Positions 54,362 to 62,980 of a stretch of DNA of 64,000 nucleotides are shown piece by piece (positions within the stretch are counted from its first letter, which is position 1; each line of letters starts with the position of its first letter). The DNA comes from Vulcanimicrobiaceae bacterium (GTDB lineage Bacteria > Vulcanimicrobiota > Vulcanimicrobiia > Vulcanimicrobiales > Vulcanimicrobiaceae): contig JBEKPS010000004.1 in assembly GCA_049520515.1 (NCBI GenBank), positions 57,395-121,394 of the forward strand, given 5' to 3'. Both the position numbers and the translations under genes were made by a program. Under the pieces are notes generated by a model that worked only from the letters and a program-made list of their open reading frames with translations, did no database searches and was not told the origin of the DNA.

Positions 54362-55563
54362 TCGCGCTGCTCGCGTTCTTGCTCGCCACGCTTCCGTGGA
54401 CGCCCGCGCAGGTCAGCAAGCTGCATGCGGACGTCGATCGCATGTTGATGTCGGCCAAGACGCTGCGCGGCGCGCACGTCGGCTTTCTCGCGGTCGACAC
54501 GCGCAGCGGTCGCGTGCTCTACGAGCACAAAGCCGACGACGCGTTTATGCCGGCCAGCACGCTCAAAGTGATCACGGGCTCGACCGCGTTGGCGACGCTC
54601 GGACCGAACTTCGCGTTCACGACGCAAGTTGCGACGCTCACCGACGGGACGACGACGAAGCTCGTGCTCATCGGCGGCGGCGATGCGCTGTTGAATGCCA
54701 ACGATCTCGACGACGCGGCCGCGGCCGTCGCTGCAGCAAACGTTGGGCCAATTTCCGAAATTGACGCCGACACGAGCCGTTTCGATCAAGAGCGCTACGG
54801 TTACGGCTGGACGCTCGACGACATCGGTGAAGCGTACGCCCCGGCGATAACGGCGCTCTGTTATCAAGACAATGTTGTTGGCCACGAACCGCGCGCCGAT
54901 CCCGAGCACGTTGCGCTTGCGATACTGGCACGCGATCTGCGCACGCGCGGCGTCTCGTTGCCCGACGTGATTCCGAGCGACGTTTTTGTGCGGCCTCCGG
55001 AGAGCGCGTATCACGTCCTATGGACGCACCAATCGAAACCGCTCGCGCAATACCTGGCATCGATGTGGTATCCGAGCGACAACCTCATCGCCGAGATGCT
55101 GATCAAGTCGATCGCCGTTGCAACGCATGGTACGCCCGGCACTGCCGGCAACGGCGCCGCGCGCGAAGAGCGTTGGCTGCGTTCGATCGGCATCGATCCC
55201 GCGCGCAACACGGCAATCTTCGATGGCTCCGGCGTCTCGATCTACGATCGGCTCTCGCCGCGCACGCTCGTGCGCGTCTTTCAAATCGATTGGCGCAGCG
55301 CCAATCGCGAAGCGATTCTGGCTGCGTTGCCGCTTGCCGGCGTGCGCGGAACGATTCGCAACTCATTCGCAGGGACGCCCGCACGTGGCCGCACCTACGC
55401 AAAGGACGGCAATCGTCTCTTCGCAAGCTCGCTCTCAGGCTATCTGATGCCGCTGCACCACGGTACGATTACCTTTGCATTCATGGTCGACGATTGGACC
55501 GGCGACGACGACGATCTCGACCGTTTCGAAGGCAAGCTGCTCTCGCGTTTCGTCACCAAGTAG
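54358..55563 (+). CDS. dacB: D-alanyl-D-alanine carboxypeptidase/endopeptidase (PBP4, peptidase S13)
   Basis: I chose GTG54358, which overlaps the kamE stop (GTGA) and gives the signal-like VIALLAFLLATLPWTPAQ. Motifs: FMPASTLKV (SxxK), DGSGVS, LSGYL. Confidence 0.8.
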   Translation: MIALLAFLLATLPWTPAQVSKLHADVDRMLMSAKTLRGAHVGFLAVDTRSGRVLYEHKADDAFMPASTLKVITGSTALATLGPNFAFTTQVATLTDGTTTKLVLIGGGDALLNANDLDDAAAAVAAANVGPISEIDADTSRFDQERYGYGWTLDDIGEAYAPAITALCYQDNVVGHEPRADPEHVALAILARDLRTRGVSLPDVIPSDVFVRPPESAYHVLWTHQSKPLAQYLASMWYPSDNLIAEMLIKSIAVATHGTPGTAGNGAAREERWLRSIGIDPARNTAIFDGSGVSIYDRLSPRTLVRVFQIDWRSANREAILAALPLAGVRGTIRNSFAGTPARGRTYAKDGNRLFASSLSGYLMPLHHGTITFAFMVDDWTGDDDDLDRFEGKLLSRFVTK

Positions 55564-56366
55564 ATGCCGGGCGAACGTTTTGAACGCGAGATTCGCGAGC
55601 AGCCCGCCGTGTGGCGCCGGATTGCCGAATCCTCAAAGGCGCAAGAGCTAGCGCGCGCGATCGGCAACGGCCCCGTGTGTCTGGTCGGAAGCGGCAGCTC
55701 GCTCTTCGTCGCGCAGCTCGGTGCGCTCGCGTTGCGCCGGCGTGGGATCGTGGCAAGCGCGCTGGCAGCGACGGAAGCGCGCTTCGATCGAGAAACGTAT
55801 CGCAACGGCTGCGTGATCGCGCTTTCGCAAAGCGGACGCTCGAGCGATGTGCTCGCTGCGCTGCGGCGACGCTGTGCGAAACTGCGGACGACGTTTCGAG
55901 CTGGTTCGCGAGCGACGGTTGGCGCGAAGCGGACGAATCGGCGCAGTCTCTGGCGCGCTCTCGTGCGGTGGCGATTGTCGGTGCCGGTTACAGCGTTCCG
56001 ATTGCTTACGAGCTGGCGCTGAAGATGAAGGAAGCCAGCTACGTGCACGCCGAGGGATTTCCGGCGGGTGAGTTCCGTCACGGCAGCTCCGCTATTCTTG
56101 ACAAATCCAGCACCCTGATCGGAATCCTCGACGAAACCTCGCGCGACATTGTCGAGCGTCCGATGCGCGAGGCCGAAGCCGCCGGAGCGCTGCGCTTCGT
56201 GATCGGCGCGAAGCTCGGCGAGCTTCCGCTGCTGGGTCCGCAGACCGGCGAAGCGTTCAACACGCTCGCGTGGCTGGTCACCGGACAGGCGCTGGCGCTC
56301 TTCACCGGGCGTGCCGCTGGTGTTGACAGCGACGCCCCACGCGGGCTGACCAAATTCCTCGCGTGA
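55564..56366 (+). pseudogene. SIS-domain sugar isomerase/aminotransferase-like gene, frameshifted and apparently internally shortened
   Basis: Frame 1 (55564-~55865) reads MPGERFEREIREQPAVW..VCLVGSGSSLFVAQ..IALSQSGRSSDVLAAL and then degenerates. A second frame continues TLCETADDVSSWFAS..AVAIVGAGYSVPIAYELALKMKEASYVHAEGFPAGEFRHGS.. to a stop at 56366. The total of ~267 codons compares with ~340 expected for two-SIS proteins. Confidence 0.5.
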
Positions 56367-56409
56367 GCGGCGCAGGGCTGAGTGCCGTGCCTTCCAGAAT
56401 CGCACGGTA

Positions 56410-57087
56410 ATGCCACTTCCCGAGCTGCTGGCGTGGTTTACCGGCAAAGAGGTTAACCGCCGGAAATTTCCGCGTAAGAAAAAGGGCTATCGCGCGACCT
56501 ATACGATGGACGGCGGGCAGACGATGCATCCTGCGATCGGCATCGACATTAGCGGCGGCGGAATGTGCTTCCTGACGCAAACCGACGTCGAGCAGCCGGA
56601 ATTCGAAGTGCGCGCGACGCTCGATCAACGCACCGTGCGCATGCGCGTCAGGCCGGTTTGGAAAGACAAGGTCACACACGCGGGCAAAGCGGTGACGCGC
56701 TTCGGCGTTCGTTACTCTGGAATTCCAGCCGACGATTGGGACGCGGTGATGCGCTACTCGACGGACAAACCCGCCGAGGACGTCAACAAGGCGCAAGAAG
56801 AGCTCGTCGCGGTCAAGATGACCGAGGACGACGCGCAGCGTCTGATTCCGTTGGTACTGCAGCGCAAACTACTCGACATGCTCGTGTCGCGCAACCGGCT
56901 CGCGAAGCCCGACGGTAAGTCGACGCCGCTCGTGCAGTTCTTTTACTCGGGCCTCGTTCGTTATCAGAACAAGCCGATGCATCGCTTGACGATCCAATCG
57001 AAGATCGTCCGCGACGACGGGACCGACATGTACGAGACGCGGTTTCTGTTCGATGAGACCGGCGAAAACGTCTTGATGATGAATTGA
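56410..57087 (+). CDS. PilZ-domain (c-di-GMP-binding) protein with uncharacterised C-terminal domain
   Basis: 225 aa. RxxxR motif (RKFPR) and D-x-S-x-x-G motif (DISGGG) with the spacing typical of PilZ domains. Confidence 0.8.
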   Translation: MPLPELLAWFTGKEVNRRKFPRKKKGYRATYTMDGGQTMHPAIGIDISGGGMCFLTQTDVEQPEFEVRATLDQRTVRMRVRPVWKDKVTHAGKAVTRFGVRYSGIPADDWDAVMRYSTDKPAEDVNKAQEELVAVKMTEDDAQRLIPLVLQRKLLDMLVSRNRLAKPDGKSTPLVQFFYSGLVRYQNKPMHRLTIQSKIVRDDGTDMYETRFLFDETGENVLMMN

Positions 57088-58061
57088 TGCCGAAGACCGC
57101 TCTCATCACCGGCATCACCGGCCAGGACGGATCGTACCTGGCCGAATTTCTGTTAGAGCAAGGCTATCGTGTCATCGGCATGACGCGCCGCTCGAGCACC
57201 GATGTGCACGAACGGATCGAGCACATCGTCGATCGCATCGAGATCGTCTCGGGCGATCTACTCGATCAAAGCTCGATTACGTCAATCGTTGCGGCGACGC
57301 GTCCCGACGATATCTACAACCTCGCGGCGCAGTCGTTCGTCCCGACTTCGTGGACGCAGCCCGTGCTCACCGGCGAGTTCACGGCGCTGGGCGTCACGCG
57401 TGTCCTCGAAGCAATTCGCTCGGTCGATACGAAGATTCGCTTCTATCAGGCTTCGAGCTCCGAGATGTTCGGCAAAGTCCGCGAGGTTCCGCAAACCGAG
57501 GACACGCCGTTCTATCCGCGCAGCCCGTACGGCGTCGCTAAAGTGTACGGGCACTACATCACGGTCAACTATCGCGAGAGCTACGACATCTTCGCAGTGA
57601 GCGGGATATGCTTCAATCATGAATCGCCACGGCGTGGGCGTGAGTTCGTCACGCGCAAGATCAGCGACGGAGTTGCGCGCATCAAGCTTGGTCTCGCGAA
57701 GGAATTGCGGCTTGGGAATCTCGACGCAAAGCGCGACTGGGGCTATGCACTTGATTACGTGCGCGGGATGTGGATGATGCTCCAGCACAATACGCCGGAA
57801 GACTTCGTGCTTGCCACGGGCCGGACGCACACGGTCAAAGAGTTCGTGCGCCTGGCGTTCGAGTGCGTCGATCTGAATTGGGAGAAGTACGTCGTTGTCG
57901 ATCCGCGCTTCTATCGCCCCGCCGAGGTCGACATGTTGGTCGGAGATCCAGCGAAGGCAAAGCGTCTGCTCGGATGGGAGCCTGAAGTTTCGTTCGAGCA
58001 GCTTGCCGAGATGATGGTTCGCGCGGATGTTGAGCGTTTGCGTCCGCTGGCAACGGTCTGA
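57087..58061 (+). CDS. gmd: GDP-mannose 4,6-dehydratase
   Basis: [70 protein letters not shown]57087 overlaps the PilZ stop (TGATG); TTG57084 is an alternative. Confidence 0.95.
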   Translation: MPKTALITGITGQDGSYLAEFLLEQGYRVIGMTRRSSTDVHERIEHIVDRIEIVSGDLLDQSSITSIVAATRPDDIYNLAAQSFVPTSWTQPVLTGEFTALGVTRVLEAIRSVDTKIRFYQASSSEMFGKVREVPQTEDTPFYPRSPYGVAKVYGHYITVNYRESYDIFAVSGICFNHESPRRGREFVTRKISDGVARIKLGLAKELRLGNLDAKRDWGYALDYVRGMWMMLQHNTPEDFVLATGRTHTVKEFVRLAFECVDLNWEKYVVVDPRFYRPAEVDMLVGDPAKAKRLLGWEPEVSFEQLAEMMVRADVERLRPLATV

Positions 58062-58106
58062 TGATGACCGCTGTCCCTCGACTTCGCTCGGGATGACAAG
58101 CGAAAG

Positions 58107-59027
58107 ATGCAAATACTTGTAACGGGCGGGAGTGGTTTTGTCGGGCGGCGATTGGTTGCTGCGTTACGCGAACGCGGCGATGACGTCGTTTCGGCCGCGC
58201 CCTCGCAAGGCGACGATCAACATCTTCCGCTCGATCTAACCGATTCCGATAACGTTCGCGCCGTCGTCGAGATGGTGCAGCCTGATGTCGTCTACCATCT
58301 CGCCGCGCAGTCGTTCGTTCCGGCCTCGATCGAAGATCCGCTCACGACGTATCGTGTGAACGTCGACGGTACCGCGTTTCTGCTCGAGGCGTTACGAGAG
58401 CTCAAACCACGGCTGCTGTTCGTGAGCTCCGCTGAAGTCTACGGACGCCGGCCGCAAGAGGATATGCCGCTGCGCGAAACGCTGCCGCCGCGCCCAGCCA
58501 ATCCGTATGCTGCATCGAAGGCGGCGGGAGAAGCGCTCGTGCTCGGTTGGCATCACGCCTACGGCATTGATGCGGTTATCTCGCGCGCCTTCAATCACAT
58601 CGGCGCGGGACAAGATCATCGATTTGCGGTGCCCGCCTTCGCGCAGCGCTTGGCGCGCATCGCGGGCGGTCAAGAAGGCGTGCTCAACGTCGGCAACGTC
58701 GAGAGCGAGCGCGATTTTCTCGACGTGCGCGACGTCGTCGCCGCGTACATCGCGCTTGCGGATCGCGGCGTGGGCGGTGAGATCTACAACGTGTGCAGTG
58801 GACAGGCCGTCAAGATGCGCGAGGTGTTGCGCCGGCTCGTCAACATTGCCGGTGTTCCGGTTGAGATCCGCGAGGATCCCGAGCTGATGCGTGCGAGCGG
58901 CGAAGTGTTGCGTTCGGTCGGTGATCCCAGCAAACTCAAGCGCACGACCGGATGGTCGCCGCGCATCAGCCTTGCGGATTCGCTACGCGAAGTCTACGAG
59001 GAAGCGCGCGCCGAAGTCCCCGCGTAA
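58107..59027 (+). CDS. rmd: GDP-4-dehydro-6-deoxy-D-mannose reductase-like (GDP-D-rhamnose-forming)
   Basis: 306 aa. [61 protein letters not shown] and YNVCSG are collinear with Pseudomonas Rmd as I remember it. It does not look like the Fcl/WcaG N-terminus. Confidence 0.75.
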   Translation: MQILVTGGSGFVGRRLVAALRERGDDVVSAAPSQGDDQHLPLDLTDSDNVRAVVEMVQPDVVYHLAAQSFVPASIEDPLTTYRVNVDGTAFLLEALRELKPRLLFVSSAEVYGRRPQEDMPLRETLPPRPANPYAASKAAGEALVLGWHHAYGIDAVISRAFNHIGAGQDHRFAVPAFAQRLARIAGGQEGVLNVGNVESERDFLDVRDVVAAYIALADRGVGGEIYNVCSGQAVKMREVLRRLVNIAGVPVEIREDPELMRASGEVLRSVGDPSKLKRTTGWSPRISLADSLREVYEEARAEVPA

Positions 59028-59611
59028 TGGGCGTTCGTGCCATCGTCTTCAAGAATCGCGGCGCGTTGCTCGCGATTCCGGCACTGATTCTGGTGATTTT
59101 CGGAAAGCCGGGCGGAGCATCGATCTTCTCGGGCTTAGGGCTCGCATTCTTAGGTGAAGCGATTCGCTGCTGGGCGGTTGGCTATTCAGGTACGACGACA
59201 CGCGCCGACCACGTCGTCGCGCCGCAGCTCGTCACTGCCGGCCCGTACGCCTACATGCGCAACCCGTTGTACGTAGGAAACTTTATCACCGCGCTGGGCT
59301 TTGCGCTTGCGTTCACAGGGAACAATCCGCCCACCGAACGATTGATACTCATAGGAGCTAGCTTGGCCGTTATGCTTGCCGTCTACGCGACGATCGTGCC
59401 GCACGAAGAGAGCTTTCTCCGCGCGACCTTCGGCGCGAGCTACGATGAGTATATGTTGCGCGTCCCGCGCGTGTGGCCGCGTCAGCCGAAGCTCTCGGCT
59501 GCGCAGCTTGGAACGTACGATGCAAGCGTGATCGGACGGGCTGAAACACGCACGTTCGTATTCTTCAGCCTCATGCTGGTAGTTCTCGCGCTCAAGGCCT
59601 TCGTGCTTTGA
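59027..59611 (+). CDS. ICMT/PEMT-family membrane methyltransferase
   Basis: ATG59027 overlaps the rmd stop (TAATG). 4-5 TM segments. LVTAGPYAYMRNPLYVGNF is typical of the isoprenylcysteine carboxyl methyltransferase-like family. Confidence 0.8.
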   Translation: MGVRAIVFKNRGALLAIPALILVIFGKPGGASIFSGLGLAFLGEAIRCWAVGYSGTTTRADHVVAPQLVTAGPYAYMRNPLYVGNFITALGFALAFTGNNPPTERLILIGASLAVMLAVYATIVPHEESFLRATFGASYDEYMLRVPRVWPRQPKLSAAQLGTYDASVIGRAETRTFVFFSLMLVVLALKAFVL

Positions 59612-60483
59612 CGCTGCGTGTAGCGTTCTTCGCGACCATGCTGATCGCGGCGATCGAATGCGCCGGCGGCTTTGTCGCGCATTCGCTCGCGTTGCTTACG
59701 GATAGCGCGCACGTCTTCTTGGATGCGGTTGCACTCTTGATCGCGCTCGCGGCGATGCACCTCGCCTCTCGCCCCGCGACGCGGCGGCAGACCTTTGGGT
59801 TCGGACGCACTGAGATTCTCGCAGCCTTGCTCAACGGTGGCCTGCTGTTCGCGGTCACCGCGTTCATCGTTGTCGAAGCGGTGCGGCGTTTCATCCATCC
59901 AGTCGCGCCTGACGGCCCATTGATGGCGGCGTTCGCGGCGTTTGCGCTCGTCGTGAACGGGGCGCTCAGCGTCCTGCTCGCGCGCAAGACGCACGAGAGT
60001 CTCAACATGCGCGCGGCGCTGATGCATGTGATTAGCGACGCGCTTTCGTCGCTTGGCGTCATTGTCGGTGCGCTCGTCATTTGGCGATTCGGCTGGGTGT
60101 GGATCGATCCGCTGCTCTCGATTGCAATTGCAGCGGTGATCGTGGTCGGCGTCGTGCGTATCATCCTCGAAGCCAGCGACGTGTTGCTCGAAAGCGTCCC
60201 GGCGCACGTCAACGTCGAGCGCGTCCAAGAACGCATTCGCCTCGTCGAAGGCATCGTCGGCGTACACGATCTGCACGTCTGGACGCTGGGGACCGGTAAC
60301 TACGCCCTTTCCGCGCACGTCTTATTGCCCGATCGCAGCATCAGCGATGCGACCCACATCTTGCAAAGCGTCGACCGTGCGATGCGCGATGAATTCGCGA
60401 TCTCGCACGTCACCGTGCAGTTCGAGTGTCAATCGTGCGCGGCCGACGAGCGGATCGTCTGCACCCAGCTGCAGCCAAAATAA
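59608..60483 (+). CDS. Cation diffusion facilitator (CzcD/ZitB-type) metal efflux transporter
   Basis: 291 aa. HSLALLTDSAHVFLDAV, FGFGRTEILAAL, HVISDALSSLGV, and a C-terminal cytoplasmic domain with HDLHVW. The TTG start overlaps the previous stop (TTGA). Confidence 0.92.
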   Translation: MTLRVAFFATMLIAAIECAGGFVAHSLALLTDSAHVFLDAVALLIALAAMHLASRPATRRQTFGFGRTEILAALLNGGLLFAVTAFIVVEAVRRFIHPVAPDGPLMAAFAAFALVVNGALSVLLARKTHESLNMRAALMHVISDALSSLGVIVGALVIWRFGWVWIDPLLSIAIAAVIVVGVVRIILEASDVLLESVPAHVNVERVQERIRLVEGIVGVHDLHVWTLGTGNYALSAHVLLPDRSISDATHILQSVDRAMRDEFAISHVTVQFECQSCAADERIVCTQLQPK

Positions 60484-60505
60484 TCGCTCCGGTGTCATCG
60501 GGAGC

Positions 60506-61858
60506 ATGAATGGAAAAGCCGTAGTCCTTGCCGCAACGCGCACGCCGTTCGGTCGCCTGGGTGGTGCCCTTTCGTCGCTTGCCGCGACCACGCTTGGAGC
60601 CGAAGCGATCCGCGGGGCGCTCGAGCGGGCCAAAGTCGATCGCGCCGACGTCGACCACGTCATCATGGGACAGGTCTTGCAAGGCGGGGCCGGGCAAGCG
60701 CCCGCGCGTCAAGCTTCCTATAAAGCGGGGCTTGCCAAGACCGTGACGAGCGAGACCCTGAACAAGGTCTGCGCCTCCGGCATGCTCGCCGTCGCGGCCG
60801 CCGCCCGGTTGATCGATAGCGGCGACTACCGCCTGATCGTCGCCGGCGGGATGGAATCGATGTCGAATGCGCCCTACGCGCTTCCCGGTGCGCGCAGCGG
60901 CTATCGCTTCGGCGACGGCAAGCTCGTCGATCTCATGATCCACGATGGCCTCTGGGACTTTTTCTTCGATGTGACGATGGCGTCGCAAGGCGCGAAGGTC
61001 GCAGCCGAGCTTGGCCTCACGCGCGAGATGCAAGATGAATTCGCGTACCAGAGCCACCTGCGCGCAACACAGGCGCAGGCAGCCGGACACTTCGCCGCCG
61101 AGATCGTGCCGATCCGCGTGGCGACAAAGCAGAAGGGCAAGATCGTCGTCGAGCAGGTACCAACGCGCGTTCCGGCTCGCGTTCCGGTAATGGCGGGCGG
61201 GAACGGCAGCTCGAATGTGTGGTCGCACGTGCCGCCCGATACGATGGTCCCCGATCCGCAAAAATATTCGCCGTATCTCGATGCGCACGCGCATGGTGAG
61301 ATTCCGTCGACGCTCGTCGATCGCGATGAAGCAGTGCGCACCGACGCCAGCATGGCCGCGATGGCAAAGCTCCCCCCGATCGACAAAGATGGAAGCGTGA
61401 CTGCGGGCAACGCGCCCGGCGTCAACGACGGCGCGGCTGCGCTCGTGCTCGCCGATCCGGCGTACGCGAAGAGTCATTTCGGCGCAGAAGTGCTTGCCAC
61501 GATCGTCGATCACGCGACGGCCGCGTGGGATCCGCCGTATCTTGCGCTCACGCCCGCGATGGCGATCCAAAAATTGCTCGACCAACAAGGTCTCTCGCGT
61601 AACGACATCGCGGTCTGGGAGATCAACGAAGCATTCTCCGCCGTCGTGCTCAGCTCGTCACAGCGCTTGGGCCTCGGTTCGGACAAAGTGAATCTGCAAG
61701 GCGGCGCGGTTGCGATGGGTCATCCGATCGGCGCATCCGGTGCGCGCATCGTCGGAACAGTCATTCACCAATTGCGGCGGCGCGGCGGCGGACTCGGAAT
61801 CGCTGCGATCTGCAGCGGCGGCGGCCAAGGCGACGCAATCCTAATTCGGGTAGACTAA
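60506..61858 (+). CDS. Acetyl-CoA C-acetyltransferase (thiolase II) with a ~53-aa insertion
   Basis: I chose ATG60506 (MNGKAVVLAATRTPFG), preceded by GGGAG. Motifs: NKVCASGM (active-site Cys), GGMESMS, VTAGNAPGVNDGAAA, NEAFSA, GGAVAMGHPIGASGAR, CSGGGQG. The track start at 60347 is a spurious extension. Confidence 0.92.
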   Translation: MNGKAVVLAATRTPFGRLGGALSSLAATTLGAEAIRGALERAKVDRADVDHVIMGQVLQGGAGQAPARQASYKAGLAKTVTSETLNKVCASGMLAVAAAARLIDSGDYRLIVAGGMESMSNAPYALPGARSGYRFGDGKLVDLMIHDGLWDFFFDVTMASQGAKVAAELGLTREMQDEFAYQSHLRATQAQAAGHFAAEIVPIRVATKQKGKIVVEQVPTRVPARVPVMAGGNGSSNVWSHVPPDTMVPDPQKYSPYLDAHAHGEIPSTLVDRDEAVRTDASMAAMAKLPPIDKDGSVTAGNAPGVNDGAAALVLADPAYAKSHFGAEVLATIVDHATAAWDPPYLALTPAMAIQKLLDQQGLSRNDIAVWEINEAFSAVVLSSSQRLGLGSDKVNLQGGAVAMGHPIGASGARIVGTVIHQLRRRGGGLGIAAICSGGGQGDAILIRVD

Positions 61859-61861
61859 CCT

Positions 61862-62098
61862 CAGCGGCACGCTTCGCGGGCCGAGCCGCCACAGCACAAG
61901 CATTTGTGACTTGCTCTCCATCGTATCGGAGCGCTACGCTCAGGATGACGCGGTTACGATGACAAAAAGTAGGGAGATCGCGCTCTCTCTAGCGTACCTT
62001 GGGCATATCGTGAGCAAGCAACAAATGCAACTGCTGTGGAGGGCTCGGCCCGACAATCGCGCCGCTGCTGATGGCACGGCCCGCGAAGCGAGCCGCTG
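61862..62098. repeat. ~237-nt imperfect long inverted repeat (rod-like hairpin) filling the thiolase-hbd intergenic region
   Basis: Three nested arm pairs. (1) CAGCGGCACGCTTCGCGGGCCG (61862-61883) pairs with 62077-62098, 21 of 22 positions. (2) 61878-61896 pairs with 62032-62051, 10+8 bp with one bulge. (3) 61900-61916 pairs with 62012-62028, 15 of 17. Confidence 0.7.
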
Positions 62099-62104
62099 AA
62101 TATT

Positions 62105-62980
62105 ATGCGAATCTTAGTTATAGGCGCGGGGCAGATGGGTTCCGGGATTGCGCAAGTCTGCGCGCAAGCCGGACACGAAGTGCTGCTCAACGATCGCGAA
62201 GAGAAATTCGTCGAGCACGGCATTCGCTCGATCGAGAAGAATCTGGATCGCGCGGTTGAGAAAGGCCGGATGACGGCCGAAGAGCGCGGACGCGTTCTCT
62301 CGCATATCGATCCGCGACTGCACTTCACGAACCTCGATGTCGCAATCGCGATCGAAGCCGCTACCGAAAACCTCCATCTCAAGCTCGAGATTTTCCGCAA
62401 GCTGAACGAATCGACGGCGCCCGAGACAATCCTCGCGAGCAACACGTCGTCGATCTCGATCACGAAGCTGGCCGCCGTCTGCGACAATCCGGGACGCGTG
62501 ATCGGCATGCACTTCATGAATCCCGTTCCGGTCATGAAGCTCGTCGAAGTCATTCGCGCGATTCAAACGACGGATGCGACCGCGAAATTCGTCCACGATC
62601 TGGCGGCTCAACTCGGCAAGACGACCGCAGAGTCGCGCGACATGCCCGGCTTCATTGCAAATCGCATTTTGATGCCGCTGATCAATGAAGCGGTCTTTGC
62701 GCTATTCCAAGGCGTCGGTACGCCCGATGCAATCGATACGGTCGCAAAGCTCGGTCTCAATCATCCGATGGGGCCGCTCGAGCTCGCCGATTTGATTGGT
62801 CTGGATACGTGCCTCGCCATTATGGAAGTCTTGTACGACGGACTGGGCGATCAGAAGTACAATCCGTGCGCGCTGCTGCGGCAATACGTCGATGCGGGCT
62901 GGTACGGCCGCAAGACGGGCCGCGGTTTCTACACGTACGAGAACGGCCGCAAGGTCAGCGCTGAGGCGGTACCCGCATAG
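62105..62980 (+). CDS. hbd: 3-hydroxybutyryl-CoA dehydrogenase
   Basis: 291 aa. MRILVIGAGQMGSGIAQV, EAATENLHLK, ASNTSSISIT, GMHFMNPVPVMKLVE, PGFIANRILMP, GPLELADLIGLD. Confidence 0.93.
   Translation: MRILVIGAGQMGSGIAQVCAQAGHEVLLNDREEKFVEHGIRSIEKNLDRAVEKGRMTAEERGRVLSHIDPRLHFTNLDVAIAIEAATENLHLKLEIFRKLNESTAPETILASNTSSISITKLAAVCDNPGRVIGMHFMNPVPVMKLVEVIRAIQTTDATAKFVHDLAAQLGKTTAESRDMPGFIANRILMPLINEAVFALFQGVGTPDAIDTVAKLGLNHPMGPLELADLIGLDTCLAIMEVLYDGLGDQKYNPCALLRQYVDAGWYGRKTGRGFYTYENGRKVSAEAVPA

Noticed and set aside
55440-56447. 335-aa Arg-rich minus-strand ORF
   Set aside because: Antisense to the SIS-domain gene remnant, with low-complexity Arg/Ser/Ala composition and no motifs. I kept the plus-strand pseudogene interpretation.
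57282-58112. 276-aa minus-strand ORF beginning MHLSLVIPSEVEGQ, and the spacer motif CGCTCGGGATGAC (58085-58097) that reminded me of widespread 'VIPSEVEG / LDFARDDK'-type repeat elements seen in spurious metagenomic ORFs
   Set aside because: The ORF is antisense to gmd. The repeat idea rests on one half-copy here plus a similar 13-mer at 61938-61950, and I cannot establish copy number without a genome-wide search. It is mentioned under the hairpin finding only.
59482-61588. Long minus-strand ORFs (278, 220 and 392 aa) opposite the CDF transporter and thiolase genes
   Set aside because: Antisense to genes with clear family motifs. Arg/His-rich junk composition.
61911-62099. 62-aa plus-strand ORF in the thiolase-hbd spacer
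   Set aside because: It lies entirely within the long inverted-repeat element, has a TTG start without an RBS, and its sequence is dictated by the hairpin arms. A structured RNA/DNA element is more likely than a peptide gene.
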